Shown here piece after piece: positions 16,120 to 24,901 of a DNA stretch of 64,000 nt; position 1 is the stretch's first letter; the number at the start of each line of letters is the position of its first letter. The position numbers were made by a program, and so were the translations under genes. The stretch lies in the IMG/VR virus record IMGVR_UViG_3300020577_010320, one strand, 5' to 3'. The notes under the pieces are model-generated. The model was given only the letters and a program-made list of their open reading frames with translations, did not search any database and was not told the origin of the DNA. This DNA comes from a virus.

Positions 16120-17388
16120 TCAACTCAGCTTCGGGTAGGACCCCTCGTAGTCGTCCCCGGTGGCGAGGAACGTGTGCTCCTCGATCGGGCCGTACTTAGG
16201 GTCGATGAAGTACACTTCCTGGCCGGGGACCGCCACCTCCCCGAACCGCGCCAGGCCGTGCTCCGTCGTGCCGATCAGCGACCGGTTCACGAACGTCGTC
16301 GTGCCGTTGATCTCGGCCACCAGCCGCCGGTGCCAGTGCCCGAACAGCACGATGTCGAGCGGCATACCGGCCCGCGCGTGCGTCGTCGACATGCAGTTCA
16401 CGCTGTGGACCATCGAGTACCCGATGGTGCCCAACTGCTTGCGGAGCGCGTCGCCGTGGCCCTGGTACACGCGGTACCCGGCGACGTCGTACAGTGAGAA
16501 CAACCCGTCCGCGATGTTGAACTCCACGTTCCTCTGATCGCGGAGCATGTGCTTGGCGAACGTGTAAATGCCCCAGTCGTAGGAGTCGTTCGGGGCCTTC
16601 GGGTCGGGCCCCTTGAGGCGGTCGTTCCGGCGGCCGTGGTTGCCGACGGTGCAGTGGACCCGGACCTTCCGGAACCGGCCGGCCAGGTCGCGGAGCACCT
16701 GCGCGAACAGGCCGCCGCACTCGATCATGGCGTGCATGGGCGTCGCCGCGTCGGTGTGCTTGTGTAGGTCGTGGATGGTGCCGGTGGCGAAGTCGCCGTT
16801 GGCCGCCACTACCAGCTCCGGGTAGGTGAATCGACCGGACGCCTCCAGGTCGTCGATCCGGGCCAGGAACGACTTGACGACCCGGTAGGCGCGGCGGTGC
16901 GTCTCGGCGGCGTCGTAGGAGTTCAGACCCATGACGCGGGCCGAGTCGACCTTCTCGGCGTAGTGCCAGTCGGACAGGTGGAGGATGACGCCGACCTGCT
17001 TGGCGGTCGTGGACGGCCGCCGCGGCGTCACCGTCCGGACCGGCGGGAGGGTGAGGTGCCGGGTGTTCGCCTCGAGTTTCCGCTCGAACCACTCACGGAA
17101 GGCGAGCTCGCGGACCGCGTCCTTCAGCTCCTCCTCGTGTAGCCGCCGCCGGGACTTGTCCAGCTCGGCGGCCACCGGGTCATAGGCCGCCGTTTCCGGC
17201 TGGGTCTTCTTCGCCTCCTGGGCGGCCCTGAGCCGCTCCCTGACGTCCGGCGGCAGGTACTTAGCCACCGTCTTGTGACAGTGACCGAGCTTCTCCGCGA
17301 CGGACTCGACGCACGGGTCCTTGAGGAACTCCTTGATGATGCGAGTACGGGCCTTCTTGTCCAGCGTGTTGTGCGACATGCGTTCCAT
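16120..17388 (-). CDS. calcineurin-like metallophosphoesterase with N-terminal HTH-like region
   Basis: ANGDFATGTIHD ... GNHGRRNDR ... GHWHRR spacing resembles MPP motifs II-III-V; 422 aa. Confidence 0.5.
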   Translation of the reverse strand: MERMSHNTLDKKARTRIIKEFLKDPCVESVAEKLGHCHKTVAKYLPPDVRERLRAAQEAKKTQPETAAYDPVAAELDKSRRRLHEEELKDAVRELAFREWFERKLEANTRHLTLPPVRTVTPRRPSTTAKQVGVILHLSDWHYAEKVDSARVMGLNSYDAAETHRRAYRVVKSFLARIDDLEASGRFTYPELVVAANGDFATGTIHDLHKHTDAATPMHAMIECGGLFAQVLRDLAGRFRKVRVHCTVGNHGRRNDRLKGPDPKAPNDSYDWGIYTFAKHMLRDQRNVEFNIADGLFSLYDVAGYRVYQGHGDALRKQLGTIGYSMVHSVNCMSTTHARAGMPLDIVLFGHWHRRLVAEINGTTTFVNRSLIGTTEHGLARFGEVAVPGQEVYFIDPKYGPIEEHTFLATGDDYEGSYPKLS

Positions 17389-17402
17389 CTACTGTTGTGC
17401 TG

Positions 17403-17735
17403 TTACCGACCGCCGCGGTCCGCCCACGACTGGACGGAGGCCGCGGCTTCCCTGGACGAGTAGACGGAGCGAGACTGTACGGAGTACGGAGTGCGGTAGA
17501 CGACTACGGCCTCCCCGTCGCGCCAGAACTCGACGGCCAGTTCGCGGCCGCCTGGTTCGCCGAAGAGGAAGCAAACACGGGCGTCCGGGCTGACCCGGAC
17601 GCGCCTGACTTCGTGTGGAGTACTCAGACATTGTAGGAAAGCGACTGCGGCCTGCCTACACCGGTCCGAGACGGCGGCCTCGGCCCTGGCGTTGTGGTGG
17701 TCGACCAGTGTGTGGAGTTGGGCTTCGCCGACCAT
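17403..17735 (-). CDS. hypothetical protein
   Basis: 110-aa ORF between phosphoesterase and array block D. Confidence 0.4.
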   Translation of the reverse strand: MVGEAQLHTLVDHHNARAEAAVSDRCRQAAVAFLQCLSTPHEVRRVRVSPDARVCFLFGEPGGRELAVEFWRDGEAVVVYRTPYSVQSRSVYSSREAAASVQSWADRGGR

Positions 17736-17784
17736 GTCGACCTCCGGCGGGGAGGACTATGTTTACTACTTAGCCGGCGGCTCG

Positions 17785-18030
17785 TCAACCGTCCTCGTCG
17801 TAGACGAATAGGTCAAGAAACTTGAACGGAGAACGCCGACCGCCGGGTAGTGAGTCCCAGATCGTGCGGGTCGACAGTTTACGCCCACGCGACGTCCATC
17901 GCGTGCTATCGGCGTACACAAGTTGGTGATCCGGCGGGACTAGGAAGCGTACGACCATGACGACGCTGCGTACCGTACTAGATTGTCGGCGTACGCGATT
18001 CAGGCAGAACGTACCGTCGCAGAGCATCAT
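17785..18030 (-). CDS. tandem-array small protein, LPG...ELFxYDEEG-tail family
   Basis: ends ...WDSLPGGRRSPFKFLDLFVYDEDG*. Confidence 0.6.
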   Translation of the reverse strand: MMLCDGTFCLNRVRRQSSTVRSVVMVVRFLVPPDHQLVYADSTRWTSRGRKLSTRTIWDSLPGGRRSPFKFLDLFVYDEDG

Positions 18031-18266
18031 CCCTCCTCATCGAAGACGAACAACTCAGCGGCGACCCGAGGGCTCCATCCCGGTAAAGCACGGAAGACGT
18101 CGTACGTTTTGCGCCAGACGTCTTCCGGCAACAGACCTATGTTCAGGTCAATGAGCACGCTCTCACACCCACCCGCGCGCGTGTATACCTTGGCGCGGTA
18201 TCGCATTACGCCTGTCTTGTGCTGGAGAGACAGCGAGTCGCGGTACATCTTGAACGCCCGCATCAC
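18027..18266 (-). CDS. tandem-array small protein, LPG...ELFxYDEEG-tail family
   Basis: ends ...FRALPGWSPRVAAELFVFDEEG*; N-term MMRAFKMYRDSLSLQHKTGV similar to 18466..18708. Confidence 0.6.
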   Translation of the reverse strand: MMRAFKMYRDSLSLQHKTGVMRYRAKVYTRAGGCESVLIDLNIGLLPEDVWRKTYDVFRALPGWSPRVAAELFVFDEEG

Positions 18267-18466
18267 CCCTCCTCGTCGTAGGTGAACAACTCGTCCCTGC
18301 GGTAGCTCGGATTCGTGGCGTACCAGGGGCTACCTGGCAGCCGCTGCCAAACGTGTGTAAGGCCCGGTCCCTCACGAGGCAGACACAGATCCACGTCTGA
18401 TAGCCACTGACGCTCCACTACCACTACCGACACGCTCGTGAACCGATACAGCTTAAATCGCCCCAT
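18263..18466 (-). CDS. tandem-array small protein, LPG...ELFxYDEEG-tail family
   Basis: ends ...WQRLPGSPWYATNPSYRRDELFTYDEEG*. Confidence 0.6.
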   Translation of the reverse strand: MGRFKLYRFTSVSVVVVERQWLSDVDLCLPREGPGLTHVWQRLPGSPWYATNPSYRRDELFTYDEEG

Positions 18467-18708
18467 CACCCCTCCTCGTCGTAGACGAACAAGTCGGCGG
18501 CGCTCTGGATCCCCTCCCACCCCGGTAACGAGAGGAACACGTGATTCGTCGCGTGCCACACTCCTCCGGGGAGCAGATCTGCGTTTATGACGACGCGCCC
18601 CCCATCGTGCCGGCCCGTGCACATGTACACCGCGATGAGACTGTATACCCCACCCGTCCCGTACGAGAGGGACAGCGCCTGTCGGTGCATCGTGAACGAC
18701 CGCATCAC
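18466..18708 (-). CDS. tandem-array small protein, LPG...ELFxYDEEG-tail family
   Basis: ends ...FLSLPGWEGIQSAADLFVYDEEG*. Confidence 0.6.
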   Translation of the reverse strand: MMRSFTMHRQALSLSYGTGGVYSLIAVYMCTGRHDGGRVVINADLLPGGVWHATNHVFLSLPGWEGIQSAADLFVYDEEG

Positions 18709-18959
18709 CCCTCCTTATCGTGAGTGTACAATTCCTTCGAGCCGTTTGCGCCCGGTAAAAGGTACCACACCCGCCGCCACGCCGCCGCTTTAAGGTGTAC
18801 TCTTCGCGGGCTCTCTGGGTACGCCGCGAGATACGTGCTGAACGTGACGACGAACTCGCGATTGAACGATTGGTCTGTACTGTAGAGTATTACAATCTGA
18901 TTCGTCCGGACCGTGCATTGTTGCCTGGCGGCTCCTATCGTGAATCGCTGGTCGGACAT
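18705..18959 (-). CDS. tandem-array small protein, LPG...ELFxYDEEG-tail family
   Basis: ends ...WYLLPGANGSKELYTHDKEG*. Confidence 0.6.
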   Translation of the reverse strand: MSDQRFTIGAARQQCTVRTNQIVILYSTDQSFNREFVVTFSTYLAAYPESPRRVHLKAAAWRRVWYLLPGANGSKELYTHDKEG

Positions 18960-19154
18960 TCACCCCTCCTCGTCGTAGGTGAACAGTTCGGCGTCGGCGG
19001 TTACGGCGGAAAACATGAAAGTGGGCGGCATTGGGGCCGGGAGTGACGCCATTACCACACAGTAGGGCGACAAACGTATTGTCCGTGTCGCCCCCCGCCG
19101 CAGCATCACCGTGACGTACGTGTCGGTTTGGGTGCGTTGTCGGTAAAGGTTCAT
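18960..19154 (-). CDS. tandem-array small protein, LPG...ELFxYDEEG-tail family
   Basis: ends ...SAVTADAELFTYDEEG*. Confidence 0.55.
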   Translation of the reverse strand: MNLYRQRTQTDTYVTVMLRRGATRTIRLSPYCVVMASLPAPMPPTFMFSAVTADAELFTYDEEG

Positions 19155-19381
19155 CACCCCTCCCTGTCGAACAAGAATAACGACGCATCCCCGCCCGAGT
19201 CGTGTACCCCGCCGGGGAGGCGCTCCCATATGCGTTGTAACTCCATCAGGCATCCCACAGGGACCACGCCGCGCTTGTCGCAATGGATGTACAGGTTGTG
19301 GCGCACCCTGATCCACTTTCGACCCAACGGGTTATAGCCGCGGCTGCGACTTAAACGCACGGACGCCGTGTACGACATCAC
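19154..19381 (-). CDS. tandem-array small protein, LPG...ELFxYDEEG-tail family
   Basis: ends ...WERLPGGVHDSGGDASLFLFDREG*. Confidence 0.55.
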   Translation of the reverse strand: MMSYTASVRLSRSRGYNPLGRKWIRVRHNLYIHCDKRGVVPVGCLMELQRIWERLPGGVHDSGGDASLFLFDREG

Positions 19382-19554
19382 CCCTCCTCGTCGTAGGTGA
19401 ACAGTTCCTCATCCGGGTGCTTCCAGCCCGCATACCGCCCCGGGAGTTTGATGCCAATGTGGGCCCCGACGATGTTAATGATCGCGATCAGACTCTCGTC
19501 AACGGGGCGGACCAAGTACGCCCACATCAAAACGCGACGCATCCGGAAGGACAT
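19378..19554 (-). CDS. tandem-array small protein, LPG...ELFxYDEEG-tail family (first of block D)
   Basis: ends ...IKLPGRYAGWKHPDEELFTYDEEG*; ATG 19554 with GAGG 5 nt upstream. Confidence 0.55.
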   Translation of the reverse strand: MSFRMRRVLMWAYLVRPVDESLIAIINIVGAHIGIKLPGRYAGWKHPDEELFTYDEEG

Positions 19555-19564
19555 GCTCACCTCA

Positions 19565-19597
19565 GTAAGAAAAGCGGCGGCCCGAGAGGACCGCCGC
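19565..19597 (-). terminator. rho-independent terminator (minus strand)
   Basis: GCGGCGG-loop-CCGCCGC hairpin followed by TTTTCTT on minus strand, just after Thg1-like stop. Confidence 0.55.
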
Positions 19598-19610
19598 GCG
19601 GGTGTGACGA

Positions 19611-20438
19611 CTATGCGCCGACCAGATCGGCCTTGAGCACCGGGTCCTCGCCCTTGAGGAGGACGCCGACCCGGTTCGCGATTGAGTGGAGCTTGGGCAG
19701 GTTCAGCACCTGCACCTTGCTCCGCGTCACCAGCAGGTTGGGGTCCCGGCGGGCGGCGTGCTTCGACGGCAACGCCAGCAGCTCCGCCGCGTTGTACTTC
19801 TCAGTCACGGACCGCACCCCGACGTACGTGCCACGCTTGAAGAACGCGGGGTAGTCGTTCCAGTTGACGCCCATCTGGTGGAGCATCTCCTGCATCTGCG
19901 CGCCGTTCTTGCCCAGCATCTCCGACGGCCGGTAGTACACCCGCGTCGCGCTGGAGATGCTGTTCTTGGTCGCGTCCTGCTCCCGCCACAGGAACGTGTT
20001 GGCGGCCTCGTCGACGTTCGGGACGTTCCACACCCGACAGTCGAAGAACGCCGTCTTGTCCGCCTTCTCGGGGACGAACTCGGCCAGTCGCCGGTTGAAC
20101 TCCCCGGTCAGGAACGACGACAGCAGCGACGTCGTCTTCTGCACCCGTCCGGCGAACTGGGGGACGTTGGTGCGGTTGTCCAAGGTGTACCAGCACAGCG
20201 AGATCTCGTCGCTCTGCGTGTACCCCACGTTAGCGTTGAACGTCTTGACGAGCAGCTTGGTGCAGCAGACCATCAGGTCGTGCAGCCGCTCGTCGTACGG
20301 CTTCTCCAGACCGGCCGTGAACTTCGAGAAGCCCCACCCGTCCAGGCGGGCCATGACCGGAATCCGCGGCGTCATCAGCCGGCGGTCGGCCATCTGCTCG
20401 TACGACTTCATCCGGTCGCCCAGGTCGTCCTTCTGCAT
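19611..20438 (-). CDS. Thg1-like 3'-5' nucleotidyltransferase (tRNA-His guanylyltransferase family / TLP)
   Basis: VMARLDGWGFSKF ... YTQSDEISLCW ... FDCRVW ... GVNWNDYPAFFKRGTYV align with Thg1 RLDGRNFHRF / GQSDEYSFVF / FDGRVV / INYNNELPMYRKGT; start trimmed to MQKDDLGDRMKSYEQ with GGGAGGA SD. Confidence 0.8.
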   Translation of the reverse strand: MQKDDLGDRMKSYEQMADRRLMTPRIPVMARLDGWGFSKFTAGLEKPYDERLHDLMVCCTKLLVKTFNANVGYTQSDEISLCWYTLDNRTNVPQFAGRVQKTTSLLSSFLTGEFNRRLAEFVPEKADKTAFFDCRVWNVPNVDEAANTFLWREQDATKNSISSATRVYYRPSEMLGKNGAQMQEMLHQMGVNWNDYPAFFKRGTYVGVRSVTEKYNAAELLALPSKHAARRDPNLLVTRSKVQVLNLPKLHSIANRVGVLLKGEDPVLKADLVGA

Positions 20439-20458
20439 GTCGGTCCTCCCAGGGTGGA

Positions 20459-20725
20459 TCACTTCTTCAGCCGCTCGATCTCCATCCAGCCGTCGTACCA
20501 CGCGTGGCGGTAAATCGACGATTCGTCGGCGTACGGGTTGGCCGCCGCCGACACGTTGTTGAACCGGGCCGCCATGCCCTCCCGCTTCACGTCCGCGACC
20601 GTGTGGGCGTTCTGTGCGTTAATGTAGATAATCGTGATCAGGGTCGTGAGCACGAGGCCGCCGAACAGGACCAGAACGCAAGTCCCCAAGACGCGGCCGA
20701 CGCGCTCCCAGCGTACGCGGTCCAT
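20459..20725 (-). CDS. small membrane protein
   Basis: 88 aa, TM segment GTCVLVLFGGLVLTTLITIIYI. Confidence 0.45.
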   Translation of the reverse strand: MDRVRWERVGRVLGTCVLVLFGGLVLTTLITIIYINAQNAHTVADVKREGMAARFNNVSAAANPYADESSIYRHAWYDGWMEIERLKK

Positions 20726-20726
20726 A

Positions 20727-20963
20727 CTAGTGCCTCTCCTGTTTATAGTCAGACAGAGCCTGTCTGCCCCCTGTGTGCTCCGACAGGTAGCGTACGCGCG
20801 CCACGTAGAGCAGGCCGGCGTATACCAGGACGACGAACACCGTGAACGCCAGGCCGATGAGGCAGCTGGCGTTACGGACGACCCAACCGTTGGCCTGCGG
20901 TAACATCCTCACTCCTCTTATCAGACGTACCCCCAGTCGGCCCCGTACACGCTCGACGCCCAT
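20727..20963 (-). CDS. small membrane protein
   Basis: 78 aa, TM segment CLIGLAFTVFVVLVYAGLLYVA. Confidence 0.45.
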   Translation of the reverse strand: MGVERVRGRLGVRLIRGVRMLPQANGWVVRNASCLIGLAFTVFVVLVYAGLLYVARVRYLSEHTGGRQALSDYKQERH

Positions 20964-21277
20964 TCGTCCGTCGCGCCGGCCGCGTTGGAGGGCGTGTAGG
21001 ACTGGAGCACCTCGGCCGGCTCGAACTCGGCCAGGATACCCTCACGCTCCGCCTTGCCCTTGGCGCAGATCGCGCGGAAGAGGCGCCGGATCCCCGTCTC
21101 AGCGGCCTCCCGCGTCTTGTACTGGTAGCTCGTGTCAAGGACGACGCGCGTCTCATCGCCCTTGACGAACGCGTAGCCGGCCCACCCGGCCGACTTGTCC
21201 GTCCCCTGCCCGCCGACGTACTCGAAGCCGTCGACGCCGGTCTGCCGGATGAACGCCTGCGTACTCTCGCTGATCAT
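20921..21277 (-). CDS. hypothetical protein
   Basis: 118-aa ORF. Confidence 0.4.
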   Translation of the reverse strand: MISESTQAFIRQTGVDGFEYVGGQGTDKSAGWAGYAFVKGDETRVVLDTSYQYKTREAAETGIRRLFRAICAKGKAEREGILAEFEPAEVLQSYTPSNAAGATDEWASSVYGADWGYV

Positions 21278-21291
21278 CGCTTAGCCCTCAA

Positions 21292-21516
21292 TCATTTGGG
21301 GTTAGGGAACATCTTCTCCCACTGGCCGACGCCGGCCCATGTGGGCGTCCAGAAGTCGACGAGCCATTCCGGCGACTTAAGTTGACTCTCCACGAGTCGC
21401 TGACGATCGTATTCGGCCTCCGCCGCGTACCAAATGGGCTTGTCCCGGCCTGACGGGCGTCCAAGATGGAGCCACATGCGTCGCGCGATGTCGGACACCG
21501 CCTCGTGTCTGTCCAC
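21292..21516 (-). CDS. hypothetical protein
   Basis: 74-aa ORF, Trp-rich. Confidence 0.4.
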   Translation of the reverse strand: MDRHEAVSDIARRMWLHLGRPSGRDKPIWYAAEAEYDRQRLVESQLKSPEWLVDFWTPTWAGVGQWEKMFPNPK

Positions 21517-21603
21517 GTTACAGGACCTCCTCCAGCGACACCAACCCTACGCCCTCGCGGTACCGGGTTAGGTAAAACCGACTGACGATACGCCGGGTGG
21601 ACA

Positions 21604-21825
21604 TCACCCCTCCTCGTCTTGCACGAACAACGCCGTGTGGTCCGGCAACCGCACGTACCACATGTTGAAATAGTCAGAATTACTTGACGCGTGGTTGTCG
21701 TCCCACCCCGGATACTGTACAGCGCTCATCAATGATGTTGCGTCGATTTCGACGTAGAACTCGCCAGCCTTGAAGCCCTTGTGCTCGCTAGGATCGCACA
21801 TACGCCGAAGCCTGGTAACCACTGT
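21604..21825 (-). CDS. tandem-array small protein, LPG...ELFxYDEEG-tail family
   Basis: ends ...WYVRLPDHTALFVQDEEG*. Confidence 0.55.
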   Translation of the reverse strand, partial: TVVTRLRRMCDPSEHKGFKAGEFYVEIDATSLMSAVQYPGWDDNHASSNSDYFNMWYVRLPDHTALFVQDEEG

Positions 21826-22250
21826 CAGCCCTCCTCGTCCAGGACGAACAACTCGGCTTGGCCTTTGTTGCCGGGCAACGCCGACCAGACGGCGAGGGAC
21901 TGCGAGTCGGCCGTCCACCCGTTCGACGGCCCGAACCGCCGCAGCCGCGTCGGGAACACGCCTAAATACCGAATGTGACAACTGCAGTGATTGGGGTCAC
22001 GCCAGTCGGGCACGTCGCAGTGGTCTCCCAGTCGACCCACCACCTCGACGACGATCGCCGGCGCGTAACTCACACGACCTATGTTGACCCGGAACGGGTT
22101 GTCCGGCCCCAGAGACACGTGCGCGTTGAGACGCAGCCGTCGAACCGCGCGTGTGGCGCACGGGCACGCCTCGTCGAGCAGGCCGGCGTACCGGTCAAAC
22201 GTCGTCGCCCAGACCCAGAGGTCCTTCAACCAGGTTAGTAATCGCATCAC
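21825..22250 (-). CDS. tandem-array small protein, LPG...ELFxYDEEG-tail family
   Basis: 141 aa, ends ...WSALPGNKGQAELFVLDEEG*. Confidence 0.6.
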   Translation of the reverse strand: MMRLLTWLKDLWVWATTFDRYAGLLDEACPCATRAVRRLRLNAHVSLGPDNPFRVNIGRVSYAPAIVVEVVGRLGDHCDVPDWRDPNHCSCHIRYLGVFPTRLRRFGPSNGWTADSQSLAVWSALPGNKGQAELFVLDEEG

Positions 22251-22477
22251 CCCTCCTCGTCGTACGTGTAGAGTTCGTCGTCGACGTCGGCTTCCCAGTA
22301 TGCGCCGGGTAGATTACGGTAGAAGTCCGTCGGTTCTACACCTCTTAGCCTATCGAGCCGAACTTCAGAGTGACTCACGAGTGTAAGGCCGGTGCTGGTT
22401 ATGACGATGCGCATGTAAACCACGACGTTGTCGTCATTCCTGACAACACCACTCGTGTAGTACGTAGCGTGCATCAC
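22247..22477 (-). CDS. tandem-array small protein, LPG...ELFxYDEEG-tail family
   Basis: MMHATYYTSGVVRNDDNVVVYMRIVITSTGLTL...ELYTYDEEG*; near-duplicate of next gene. Confidence 0.65.
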   Translation of the reverse strand: MMHATYYTSGVVRNDDNVVVYMRIVITSTGLTLVSHSEVRLDRLRGVEPTDFYRNLPGAYWEADVDDELYTYDEEG

Positions 22478-22707
22478 CCCTCCTCGTCGTATGTGTAGAG
22501 TTCGTCTCTATCGGCACCGGACGCACGATACGCGCCGGGTAACCCACAGCAGACGTCCGGCGTTGCTACACCTCTTAGCCTCTGTAACCAAACGTCCACA
22601 CGACTCGAGAGTGTAAGGCCGGTGCTGGTTATGACGACGCGCATGTAAACCGTGACGCTGTCGTAATCTCTGACAACACCACTCGTGTAGTACGTAGCGT
22701 GCATCAC
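22474..22707 (-). CDS. tandem-array small protein, LPG...ELFxYDEEG-tail family
   Basis: MMHATYYTSGVVRDYDSVTVYMRVVITSTGLTL...ELYTYDEEG*; near-duplicate of previous. Confidence 0.65.
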   Translation of the reverse strand: MMHATYYTSGVVRDYDSVTVYMRVVITSTGLTLSSRVDVWLQRLRGVATPDVCCGLPGAYRASGADRDELYTYDEEG

Positions 22708-22910
22708 CCCTCCTCGTCGTACGCGAACAACTCAAACCTCCTATTCGGGTCCCAGCCGGGCAAGTCGAACCACGCGCGGTCGCTGCTCGATATCGCACTG
22801 TGTCTGCACGTGGCGATAACCGAGCCGAGTGCCGTGCCGAGTGCGTCGTGCAGATGCCACCGGCCGAACATCCGTTCTATCCGGTGTATCTTTACGTGTT
22901 CCACCGTCAC
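22704..22910 (-). CDS. tandem-array small protein, LPG...ELFxYDEEG-tail family
   Basis: ends ...WFDLPGWDPNRRFELFAYDEEG*. Confidence 0.6.
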   Translation of the reverse strand: MTVEHVKIHRIERMFGRWHLHDALGTALGSVIATCRHSAISSSDRAWFDLPGWDPNRRFELFAYDEEG

Positions 22911-23155
22911 CCCTCCTCATCGAACACGAACAACTCATCGACGTTAGCACCACCGGGTAGGTCGGCCCACGTGGTGTACCAGTCCGACAGCCGAGTCTCG
23001 TCCACCCGCCACCACCCCAGGGGGAGTACTGGGTGGAGGTGTCGCTTGTGAGGGATAAAGGCCGCAGACTGTCCGTGTAGCTGAATCTGGTAGTGTACGG
23101 TGACCGTGCCGCTAACTTCGCGCACGACACGAATCACATGGTACTCGGCCGTCAT
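22907..23155 (-). CDS. tandem-array small protein, LPG...ELFxYDEEG-tail family
   Basis: ends ...WADLPGGANVDELFVFDEEG*. Confidence 0.6.
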   Translation of the reverse strand: MTAEYHVIRVVREVSGTVTVHYQIQLHGQSAAFIPHKRHLHPVLPLGWWRVDETRLSDWYTTWADLPGGANVDELFVFDEEG

Positions 23156-23383
23156 TCACCCCTCCGGATCTGGAACGAACAGCTCTAGCGTCCGGTCGAA
23201 CCCCGGACTGTAATACGCCCCACCAGGCAACTTAGACCAGACCCCCCACCGGCTGGTCCGTGCACGATGTATGAGGGTGCTGTACTGTTTTTCGTCGCCG
23301 ATGGGGTGGACGACCATCGTCCAGGTCACGTCGACGCCGTAGTCGCCGCGGTACATGCGGCTTAACGTGAACGTCGCAGTCAT
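23156..23383 (-). CDS. tandem-array small protein, LPG...ELFxYDEEG-tail family
   Basis: ends ...WSKLPGGAYYSPGFDRTLELFVPDPEG*. Confidence 0.55.
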   Translation of the reverse strand: MTATFTLSRMYRGDYGVDVTWTMVVHPIGDEKQYSTLIHRARTSRWGVWSKLPGGAYYSPGFDRTLELFVPDPEG

Positions 23384-23578
23384 TCATCCCTCCTCGTCGT
23401 AGACGAACAATTCATCAAGTTTATTCGGCACCCACCCGGGAAGGAGCCTCCACGTCGAGTCACCACGACAAGGATTCACACCGAAGGCGGTGCAGCCGTC
23501 GATGCACCCGAGACGGTAACCATCGGCGTTTTCCAATCGCCAGACAGCGTGCAATCGCTCGATCGTGCGGAGCATCAC
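23384..23578 (-). CDS. tandem-array small protein, LPG...ELFxYDEEG-tail family
   Basis: ends ...WRLLPGWVPNKLDELFVYDEEG*. Confidence 0.6.
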   Translation of the reverse strand: MMLRTIERLHAVWRLENADGYRLGCIDGCTAFGVNPCRGDSTWRLLPGWVPNKLDELFVYDEEG

Positions 23579-23781
23579 CCCTCCTCATCGTAGACGAATA
23601 GAGTGGACGGCCCCGGCAACCAGTACCAGACACGGTCCGGCTCCCCTATTATAGGGTCCATCAGGAGGCGAAATTCGTTGACCACTGAGTTTACGGCGAC
23701 CGCCACAGTCACGACGCAGTAGCCGGGCCCACGTGTCACTCGTATCACGCGGTGTGAGATGAGCATTAGCGGCCTCAACAC
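23575..23781 (-). CDS. tandem-array small protein, LPG...ELFxYDEEG-tail family
   Basis: ends ...WYWLPGPSTLFVYDEEG*. Confidence 0.6.
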   Translation of the reverse strand: MLRPLMLISHRVIRVTRGPGYCVVTVAVAVNSVVNEFRLLMDPIIGEPDRVWYWLPGPSTLFVYDEEG

Positions 23782-24005
23782 GGGTTAAGGATCTCCGAGA
23801 ACTGTCCGTCAGCCCGGCGGATGAAGACTGTGCCGCCGGCCGTGACCTGTTGGTCGAGATACTGGGCGAACTCCACGAGGCGGTGGAGTTCGGTCGTCAC
23901 AGACGTGTCGGTCAGCACCGCCCGCGCCTCGATCTTCCGGAGCGTGTCGGCCCGGACCATCACAGTCAACTTGACCAGGTCTTCAAGCGGTTCGGCCACG
24001 GTCAT
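23775..24005 (-). CDS. hypothetical small protein (non-family insert)
   Basis: 76 aa MTVAEPLEDLVKL...; ATGA overlap with upstream family gene stop. Confidence 0.45.
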   Translation of the reverse strand: MTVAEPLEDLVKLTVMVRADTLRKIEARAVLTDTSVTTELHRLVEFAQYLDQQVTAGGTVFIRRADGQFSEILNPC

Positions 24006-24208
24006 CCCTCCTCGTCTAAGGTGAACAGGCTGCCGAAGTCGGGCATTTTGTTGAACCACACGTCGTACAGGTCCCGGACCCGGGGGTAGCTCGGGGTCGG
24101 CTCGTTCAGCCTGGTGAACGCGATCAGGGCCGACGGCAGGCGAGGATACCAGAACACCTCCACCACCAGCGCGTTGCCGCCGCGCTTTCGCCACACTGAC
24201 GCAGTCAT
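24002..24208 (-). CDS. tandem-array small protein, LPG...ELFxYDEEG-tail family
   Basis: ends ...WFNKMPDFGSLFTLDEEG*. Confidence 0.6.
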   Translation of the reverse strand: MTASVWRKRGGNALVVEVFWYPRLPSALIAFTRLNEPTPSYPRVRDLYDVWFNKMPDFGSLFTLDEEG

Positions 24209-24436
24209 TCACCCCTCCTCGTCTAAAGTGAACAACTCGGTCATGTCCGGTAGGGCTTTCCACAAGAGAATCATCGTGGCGTCTGACTCATTCGCCACGG
24301 ACGACTCGTAGAACTCGATGTCTTTTCTCCACCGGCGTAGTATTACTATCCGGCGGTAGAGACCGTCACAGCCGTCCGCGTACCCGTAGTCGCGTGTCAT
24401 GTGTACGCCGTCCCAGCTAGGTGCGGACACTGTCAC
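24209..24436 (-). CDS. tandem-array small protein, LPG...ELFxYDEEG-tail family
   Basis: ends ...WKALPDMTELFTLDEEG*. Confidence 0.6.
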   Translation of the reverse strand: MTVSAPSWDGVHMTRDYGYADGCDGLYRRIVILRRWRKDIEFYESSVANESDATMILLWKALPDMTELFTLDEEG

Positions 24437-24654
24437 CCCTCCTGGTCGTGTACGTACAGGTCACGCTCGTCTGGTAACGACCCCCACAGGTCCCTCATCC
24501 GCCAATCCGGGTCCTGAACGGTCAGATGCGGGAACACAAAGTCTCGGTTGGGGCCGACCGCCCAACAAACAGTGTAAACGACGTTGAATCCGTACCCGAC
24601 GTAAGACCGGTCGCGCCAAAGCGTTACGCCGCTGTGCTCGTTAGGTGACGCCAT
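24433..24654 (-). CDS. tandem-array small protein, LPG...ELFxYDEEG-tail family
   Basis: ends ...WGSLPDERDLYVHDQEG*. Confidence 0.6.
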   Translation of the reverse strand: MASPNEHSGVTLWRDRSYVGYGFNVVYTVCWAVGPNRDFVFPHLTVQDPDWRMRDLWGSLPDERDLYVHDQEG

Positions 24655-24901
24655 CACCCCTCCTTGTCGTGGACGAACAGTTCGTCGCCGTTCGGTAACA
24701 TCTCTTGAAACCACCACTGACATAGCTGAAGCATACCGGGTGACGCGTCGTTGCTCGACCACGTGCAGAATTTCACCAGGTTGTCAGTCCAGGCGCGGTC
24801 CGGGTCGGTGTATCGGCACACGATCCGGTACTGTCCGCACGATCCGGCGTCGTCGAAGAACCCTTCGTCGCGGTACATGCTCCAGCTCGTAAACCACACG
24901 T
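24654..24901 (-). CDS. tandem-array small protein, LPG...ELFxYDEEG-tail family
   Basis: ends ...FQEMLPNGDELFVHDKEG*. Confidence 0.55.

Noticed and set aside
16196-17092. 298-aa alternative-frame ORF inside the phosphoesterase gene
   Set aside because: Its Arg/Pro/Gly-rich translation overlaps the motif-bearing frame.
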